Below the pieces are notes generated by a model that ran no database searches, was not told the origin of the DNA, and was given only the letters and a program-made list of their open reading frames with translations. A program made the translations under genes and the position numbers. 64,000 nt of DNA from an uncultured delta proteobacterium (GTDB taxonomy: Bacteria > Desulfobacterota > Syntrophia > Syntrophales > UBA4778). The stretch is taken from contig CAWASK010000010.1 in assembly GCA_963784735.1 (NCBI GenBank), positions 1,099 through 65,098 of the forward strand. Reading direction: 5' to 3'. Below, piece by piece: positions 55,976-64,000 of this stretch (positions are counted from its first letter, which is position 1; each line of letters begins with the position of its first letter).

Positions 55976-57229
55976 ATGTCCATTCTGAAAACAGTTGACC
56001 CGGAAGTCGCCGAAGCGATCTTGCAGGAAACAAAGCGGCAATCAAGCAAACTTGAACTGATACCGTCCGAGAATTTTGTGGATGAGGCGGTGCTGGAAGC
56101 CCAGGGCTGCATAATGACGAACAAGTATGCCGAGGGTTACCCGGGCAAAAGATACTATTATGGATGCGAGTTTGTCGATATTGTCGAGACCCTCGCTATC
56201 GAGCGCGCCAAGGAGCTTTTCGGCGCCGATCATGTCAACGTTCAGCCCCATTCGGGAACGCAGGCCAACATGGCGGTCTATTTTGCCACGCTCAACCCCG
56301 GGGACACCATCCTGGGCATGAACCTGGCGCACGGCGGGCATCTGTCGCACGGCAGCCCCGCGAATTTTTCCGGCAGGCTCTACAAGGTTGTCGCGTACGG
56401 GGTGGACAGGGAGACGGAGACAATCGATTTTAACGAGGTTGAGGACCAGGCGAAAAAGCACAAACCGAAGATCATCGTTGTCGGGGCGAGCGCCTATCCG
56501 AGGACTATAGATTTCGGGAAGTTTCGCCAGATAGCGGACTCGGTAGGGGCCTTGGTGATGTCCGACATAGCCCACATAGCGGGCCTCGTCGCGGCGGGGA
56601 TCCATCCCAGCCCGGTCCCGATGTGCGAGTTCGTGACAACGACGACCCATAAAACTCTGCGCGGCCCGCGGGGCGGAATAGTAATGTGCAAGGCGGATTA
56701 TGCCAAGACCCTGGACAGCCGCGTCTTCCCGGGCAGCCAGGGAGGGCCGCTCATGCACGTAATAGCCGCCAAGGCCGTTGCCCTGAAAGAGGCGCTGTCC
56801 GATGAGTTCAAAACCTACCAGGCGCAGATCGTGAAAAACGCGAAGGCACTCGCCGCGGAACTCACCAAAGCTGGATACAGGCTGGTATCGGGCGGGACTG
56901 ATAACCACCTGATGCTGATAGACCTGACCGATAAGGGGATAACGGGCAAGGAGGCCGGCCTGGCCCTTGACCAGGCGGGCATTACCGTGAATCAGAACAT
57001 GATCCCGTTTGACAAGCGCAGCCCGATGGTAACGAGCGGCGTAAGGCTGGGGACCCCCGCCATAACGACGAGGGGAATGAAAGAAGAGGAGATGAGGCTC
57101 ATTGCGCGCATGATTGCACACGTCCTCAAGGATATCGCAAACGAGGGCCGGATCCTGGAAATCCGCAAAGAGGTGCAGGACCTGTGCAGCCGTTTCCCGC
57201 TTTACCCGGAGAGGATAGCAAAGGGATAA
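55976..57229 (+). CDS. glyA: Serine hydroxymethyltransferase
   Basis: [20 protein letters not shown] and [13 protein letters not shown]. Confidence 0.97.
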   Translation: MSILKTVDPEVAEAILQETKRQSSKLELIPSENFVDEAVLEAQGCIMTNKYAEGYPGKRYYYGCEFVDIVETLAIERAKELFGADHVNVQPHSGTQANMAVYFATLNPGDTILGMNLAHGGHLSHGSPANFSGRLYKVVAYGVDRETETIDFNEVEDQAKKHKPKIIVVGASAYPRTIDFGKFRQIADSVGALVMSDIAHIAGLVAAGIHPSPVPMCEFVTTTTHKTLRGPRGGIVMCKADYAKTLDSRVFPGSQGGPLMHVIAAKAVALKEALSDEFKTYQAQIVKNAKALAAELTKAGYRLVSGGTDNHLMLIDLTDKGITGKEAGLALDQAGITVNQNMIPFDKRSPMVTSGVRLGTPAITTRGMKEEEMRLIARMIAHVLKDIANEGRILEIRKEVQDLCSRFPLYPERIAKG

Positions 57230-57233
57230 CATC

Positions 57234-57701
57234 ATGGCGGACAAGGCGGACAGTTTCATAACCGTGAGGCCCAGCTGGGACGAGTATTTCCTGGACATTG
57301 TCAACCTTGTCGCGAGGCGCTCCACCTGCCTGAGAAGGAGCGTGGGGTCGGTGCTGGTCAAGGAGAAGCGGATCCTGGCCACGGGTTACAACGGCGCGCC
57401 CAGCGGGCTCAAGCATTGCGTCGATATCGGCTGCCTCAGGGAAAAAATGAATATATCGTCCGGTGAGCGGCACGAGCTTTGCCGCGGGCTGCACGCCGAA
57501 CAGAACGCCATCATCCAGTCGGCCCTCCACGGGATCAGCGTGAGGGACGCGACGCTTTACTGCACCAACCAGCCCTGCATAATCTGCTCAAAAATGATTA
57601 TAAACGCAGGGATAACCAGGATCGTGTACAAGGACGGTTACCGCGACCCAATGGCCGAGGAGATCCTGAAGGAGGCCGGAATCGAGATTGTGAAGGCATG
57701 A
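57234..57701 (+). CDS. Deoxycytidylate deaminase (ComEB-like)
   Basis: [23 protein letters not shown] and PCIIC. Confidence 0.9.
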   Translation: MADKADSFITVRPSWDEYFLDIVNLVARRSTCLRRSVGSVLVKEKRILATGYNGAPSGLKHCVDIGCLREKMNISSGERHELCRGLHAEQNAIIQSALHGISVRDATLYCTNQPCIICSKMIINAGITRIVYKDGYRDPMAEEILKEAGIEIVKA

Positions 57702-58180
57702 AGTGCCCGTATTGCTCCCACGTTGAAAACAAGGTCATAGACTCCCGCGACAGCAAGGAGGGGGATGCGATCCGCAGGCGCCGCGAGTGTCTCAAGTGCA
57801 GCCGCAGGTTCACAACGTATGAATTTGTCGAAGAGATGCTCCCCGTCATAATCAAGAAGGACGGGAGGCGCGAGGCTTTTGACAGGTCCAAGCTCCTTGC
57901 CGGGATAAAAAAGGCATGCGAAAAAAGGCCGATCAGCATTGCCGCGATTGAGGCTGTGATAGACAGGGTCGAGCACGCCTGCCAGGAAATGCAGGCGCAG
58001 GAAATTCCCTCCGCCAAGGTGGGCGAGATAGTCATGGAAGAGCTGCACAACCTTGATGATGTGGCATATGTGAGGTTTGCCTCGGTGTACAGGCAGTTCC
58101 GGGATGCCGACGAATTCCTGGAGCAGATCGAGGACCTCAAGAAAAAAAGAAGGTCGGAACCCTTGAAAGACAGCAAGTAG
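57698..58180 (+). CDS. nrdR: Transcriptional repressor NrdR
   Basis: MKCPYC..VIDSR..IRRRREC..C..RFTTYE, ATP cone and [10 protein letters not shown]. Confidence 0.96.
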   Translation: MKCPYCSHVENKVIDSRDSKEGDAIRRRRECLKCSRRFTTYEFVEEMLPVIIKKDGRREAFDRSKLLAGIKKACEKRPISIAAIEAVIDRVEHACQEMQAQEIPSAKVGEIVMEELHNLDDVAYVRFASVYRQFRDADEFLEQIEDLKKKRRSEPLKDSK

Positions 58181-58839
58181 ATGTTCACGGGAATCATCCA
58201 ATCGCTCGGCAAAGTCAAAGCCCTGGCCCGTCAGGGGCGATGACGCCGTTCTTGAAATCGAGACCCGGCTCACGCAGAGTGACACCAGGATAGGGGACAG
58301 CATCGCCGTCAACGGTGCCTGCCTTACGGTGACAAGCCTCGACCGCGAGGGGATTTACGGCGGATGTTTCCGCGGAGACGCTCGGCAGGACTACATTAGG
58401 GGGGCTCAAGGCGGGCGACAGGGTCAATCTCGAAAAATCCCTGCGGGTGACCGATTTCCTCGGCGGGCATCTTGTCCTGGGCCATGTGGACGGCATCGGC
58501 AGGATCACCGAGAGGACGACGAAATCCGGCTCCATAATTTTCGGGATCGAGACGGACGGACAGCTGTCCCGGTATCTCGTGGAGAAGGGTTCGGTGACGG
58601 TCGACGGCATAAGCCTGACCGTGAACAGCTGCAGGGGCAATATTTTTTATATCAATATAATACCCCTTACCGCAAGTGAAACCACCCTGGGTTTCAGAAA
58701 GAAAGGCGACAGGGTAAATATAGAAACGGACATAATCGGGAAATACGTGGAGCGTTTCCTCCAGGCCGGGAAAGATGCCGGGAAACCGGAAGGAAAATCG
58801 CTCGACATGGACTTCCTGGCAGAACATGGATTCAAATAA
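58181..58839 (+). CDS. ribE: Riboflavin synthase (frameshifted)
   Basis: MFTGII, GDSIAVNGACLTV, GGHLVLGHVDG and KGSVTVDGISLTV. Confidence 0.92.
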
Positions 58840-58852
58840 ATATAAGTGAGAA

Positions 58853-60067
58853 GTGAAAATGGGTCTTAGCACAATACGAGAAGCAATCGAGGATATACAG
58901 AACGGAAAGATGATCATCCTTGTCGACGACGAGGACAGGGAAAACGAAGGCGACCTCTGCATGGCCGCGGAACTGGTCACCCCGGAGGCCATTAATTTCA
59001 TGGCCAAGTTCGGGCGCGGGCTGATCTGCCTGACATTGAGCAACGATATGGCGGAGCGGCTGGACCTGCCCCTGATGGTTTCATCCAACAAGTCGCGTTT
59101 TGGTACTGCTTTCACAATCTCGATCGAGGCGAGAAAAGGGGTCTCGACCGGCATTTCTGCCGCGGACCGCGCGACAACGATTTTGACGGCAGTCGCCGAC
59201 AATGCCGGGTCGGAGGACATAGTCAGCCCTGGGCACGTCTTTCCCATCCGCGCCAAGGACGGCGGGGTCCTGGTAAGGACGGGGCAGACGGAAGGCTCCG
59301 TCGACCTGGCAAGGCTGGCCGGCCTCAAGCACTCGGGGGTCATCTGCGAGATCATGAAAGATGACGGGACAATGGCCCGTATGCCGGACCTGGAAGTCTT
59401 CGCGGCTGAACATGGCCTGAAGATAGTCACGATAGCCGACCTCATCCAGTTCAGGATGCAGACCGAATGCTTTGTGCGGCGCGTCGCGACCGCCTCTCTG
59501 CCGACCAGGTATGGAGGCGAGTTCAAAATAATCGCCTATGACAACGACGTCGACCATGCGCAGCATGTCGCCCTGGTAAAAGGCGAAATAGGGCCCGATG
59601 ACGAGGTCCTCGTCCGTGTGCATTCGGAGTGCATGACCGGCGATGTTTTCGGTTCGGAAAGGTGCGACTGCGGCGACCAGCTCCAGGCAGCCATGAGGAT
59701 GGTGGAAAAGGAAGGCAAGGGCGTTATTGTCTACATGCACCAGGAAGGCCGCGGCATAGGCCTGGCGAACAAGATCAAGGCCTACGAGCTCCAGGAACAG
59801 GGCCGGGACACCGTCGAGGCGAACATTGAGCTGGGGTTCAAGCCGGACCTGCGCGACTACGGCATCGGCGCCCAGATCCTGGTAGACCTTGGCGTGAAGA
59901 AGATGCGGCTCCTCACCAACAACCCCAAGAAGATAGTGGGGCTCGAGGGGTACGGGATCAAGGTCGTGGGGAGGGTCTCGATAGAGATTGAGCCCAATGA
60001 GAACAACTTGAGATACCTTTCGACCAAAAAAGAGAAAATGGGACACTTTTTGAAAATAAAACCTTGA
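58853..60067 (+). CDS. ribBA: Bifunctional DHBP synthase/GTP cyclohydrolase II
   Basis: [26 protein letters not shown] and QEGRGIG. Confidence 0.96.
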   Translation: MKMGLSTIREAIEDIQNGKMIILVDDEDRENEGDLCMAAELVTPEAINFMAKFGRGLICLTLSNDMAERLDLPLMVSSNKSRFGTAFTISIEARKGVSTGISAADRATTILTAVADNAGSEDIVSPGHVFPIRAKDGGVLVRTGQTEGSVDLARLAGLKHSGVICEIMKDDGTMARMPDLEVFAAEHGLKIVTIADLIQFRMQTECFVRRVATASLPTRYGGEFKIIAYDNDVDHAQHVALVKGEIGPDDEVLVRVHSECMTGDVFGSERCDCGDQLQAAMRMVEKEGKGVIVYMHQEGRGIGLANKIKAYELQEQGRDTVEANIELGFKPDLRDYGIGAQILVDLGVKKMRLLTNNPKKIVGLEGYGIKVVGRVSIEIEPNENNLRYLSTKKEKMGHFLKIKP

Positions 60068-60081
60068 ACGGAGAAATTGCG

Positions 60082-60547
60082 ATGGCGAAAGTTGTTGAAG
60101 GAAAAATCGTTGCCAAGGGCATGAAGTTCGGGATAGTTGCCAGCCGGTTCAATGATTTCATCAGCGGTAAATTGATCGACGGGGCGCTTGATGCCCTTAA
60201 CAGGTCGGGTGCCGACACGAAGGACATAGAAATGATCAGGGTGCCCGGCGCTTTTGAGATCCCCCTGGCCGCGAAGAAGGCGGCGCAGAGCGGCAGGTTC
60301 GACGCCGTGATCTGCCTCGGTGCGGTCATAAGGGGCGCGACTCCCCATTTCGAGTACATCAGCGCCGAGGTTACCAAAGGCATCGCCAGTGTCGGGCCTG
60401 GAGACGGGCGTACCCGTGATCTTCGGCGTGATAACGACAGACACGATAGAGCAGGCCATCGAGCGGGCGGGCTCCAAATCCGGCAATAAAGGCTGGGATG
60501 CCGCCCTTTCCGCGATCGAGATGGTGGACCTTTTCAAAAAATTGTAA
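60082..60547 (+). CDS. ribH: Lumazine synthase (frameshift near 60395)
   Basis: [12 protein letters not shown] and [11 protein letters not shown]; FGVITTD..QAIERAG.K.GNKG in the shifted frame. Confidence 0.94.
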
Positions 60548-60584
60548 TAATTTCAGCGGGCTATGCCCGCCATTGTTGAGAGAT

Positions 60585-61037
60585 ATGGGTCGCAGGAGAA
60601 AGGCGCGCGAAGTCGCCTTACAGGTTCTTTACGAAATCGATTTCTTGAAGATTGATCCCCAGGAGGCGGTCAGGCTTTTTTGGGAAAATTTCGACGCGCC
60701 CAAAAATGTCCAGAAATTTTCATCCCGCCTCATCGAAGGCACGGTCGAGTTCCAGCAGGAAATAGACGAACTGATCAGCAGCTGTTCCGAGAACTGGTCC
60801 ATCAGCAGGATGTCAAGGGTGGACAGAAACATTCTGAGGCTGGCCGTATACGAACTGCTCCACTGCAAGGACATCCCGCCCAAGGTGACCCTGAACGAGG
60901 CCATCGACCTGGGAAAGGATTTCGGATCGGAAAATTCCGGGTCTTTCATAAACGGGATCCTGGACGCCCTCTACGCCAAGCTCAGGATAACAGATGACGA
61001 GTCGCCTGCGGAAGAACCCGGCGGCGACGGTCCTTGA
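60585..61037 (+). CDS. nusB: Transcription antitermination factor NusB
   Basis: RRKAREVALQVLY, DRNILR, NEAIDL and FINGILD. Confidence 0.95.
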   Translation: MGRRRKAREVALQVLYEIDFLKIDPQEAVRLFWENFDAPKNVQKFSSRLIEGTVEFQQEIDELISSCSENWSISRMSRVDRNILRLAVYELLHCKDIPPKVTLNEAIDLGKDFGSENSGSFINGILDALYAKLRITDDESPAEEPGGDGP

Positions 61038-61087
61038 GCGTCTGAGGCAAAGCAGGGCAAAACGATTTTGACGAATACGGAGCTGAC

Positions 61088-63683
<2,596 letters not shown>

Positions 63684-63692
63684 GCTGACAAG

Positions 63693-64000
63693 ATGAGGAA
63701 ACACTTTCTGGCGCTTTCCCTGGTGATGGCTATCATTGTCGACGGGATGCGGATACAGGTTTTCCCCGGGCGGGGAGAATATAGACCCGGGCATAAACCT
63801 GGTCTTCATCGACAGTTTTGAAAACAAGACCCCCGAAGCCGTACGTGGAAATATATTTCCGGAACGCATTTTCGGACCAGTTCCGCAGCACAAGCCGCTT
63901 CAGGCTGGCCGAAAGCAAGGGGACGGCGGATGCCGTCCTGCGGGGCGGGGTAAATGGCCTGTCACTTCACGCCGCTGTCTTATACCAAGTCGGATTTTGC
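63693..64000 (+). CDS. lptE: LPS assembly lipoprotein LptE-like (partial, frameshifted)
   Basis: Follows leuS; hydrophobic leader, GCGYRF lipobox and FENKT. Confidence 0.72.

Noticed and set aside
56042-60046. Long antisense ORFs (56042-57382, 59081-60046; also 32145-33362 and 61553-62761)
   Set aside because: Shadows of GC-rich real genes, with no motifs

Overview
A chromosomal window of an anaerobic Gram-negative bacterium. Gene content and order suggest Desulfobacterota/Syntrophales; this is inference, not a database match. Many genes, including essential ones (gltX, leuS, ribF, fabD), are broken by single-base indels, which is most simply explained by uncorrected long-read errors, so split ORFs are merged below. 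From left to right: an Asn/Gly-rich autotransporter, acyl-CoA dehydrogenase, hrpA, an Fe-S protein, an Rrf2-rubrerythrin-rubredoxin oxidative-stress operon, a Sel1 protein, tRNA-Leu and ribF. Next come CsgG/FlgT-like envelope genes, nfi, and a cobalamin block (btuF, B12 riboswitch, btuB/C/D, split metH, tonB, pyrE). These are followed by a CoA-transferase-fold gene pair, an aminotransferase, mtnA and a B12 acyl-CoA mutase/MeaB/CobO cluster. An accessory tract (about 40.3-50.2 kb) ends in an integrase remnant at tRNA-Glu. Housekeeping genes close the window (gltX, yceD-rpmF-fab, glyA, nrdR-rib-nusB, leuS, lptE). Best candidates for new biology: (1) a CoA-transferase-fold alpha subunit with an in-frame UGA and SECIS-like hairpin at an apparent active-site position, paired with a beta subunit lacking the canonical catalytic Glu; (2) a stand-alone NrdD glycyl-radical domain inside an oxygen-defence operon; (3) a sigma54/two-component-driven secreted 24-aa repeat protein; (4) a desulforedoxin-like domain fused to a histone-H1-like tail.
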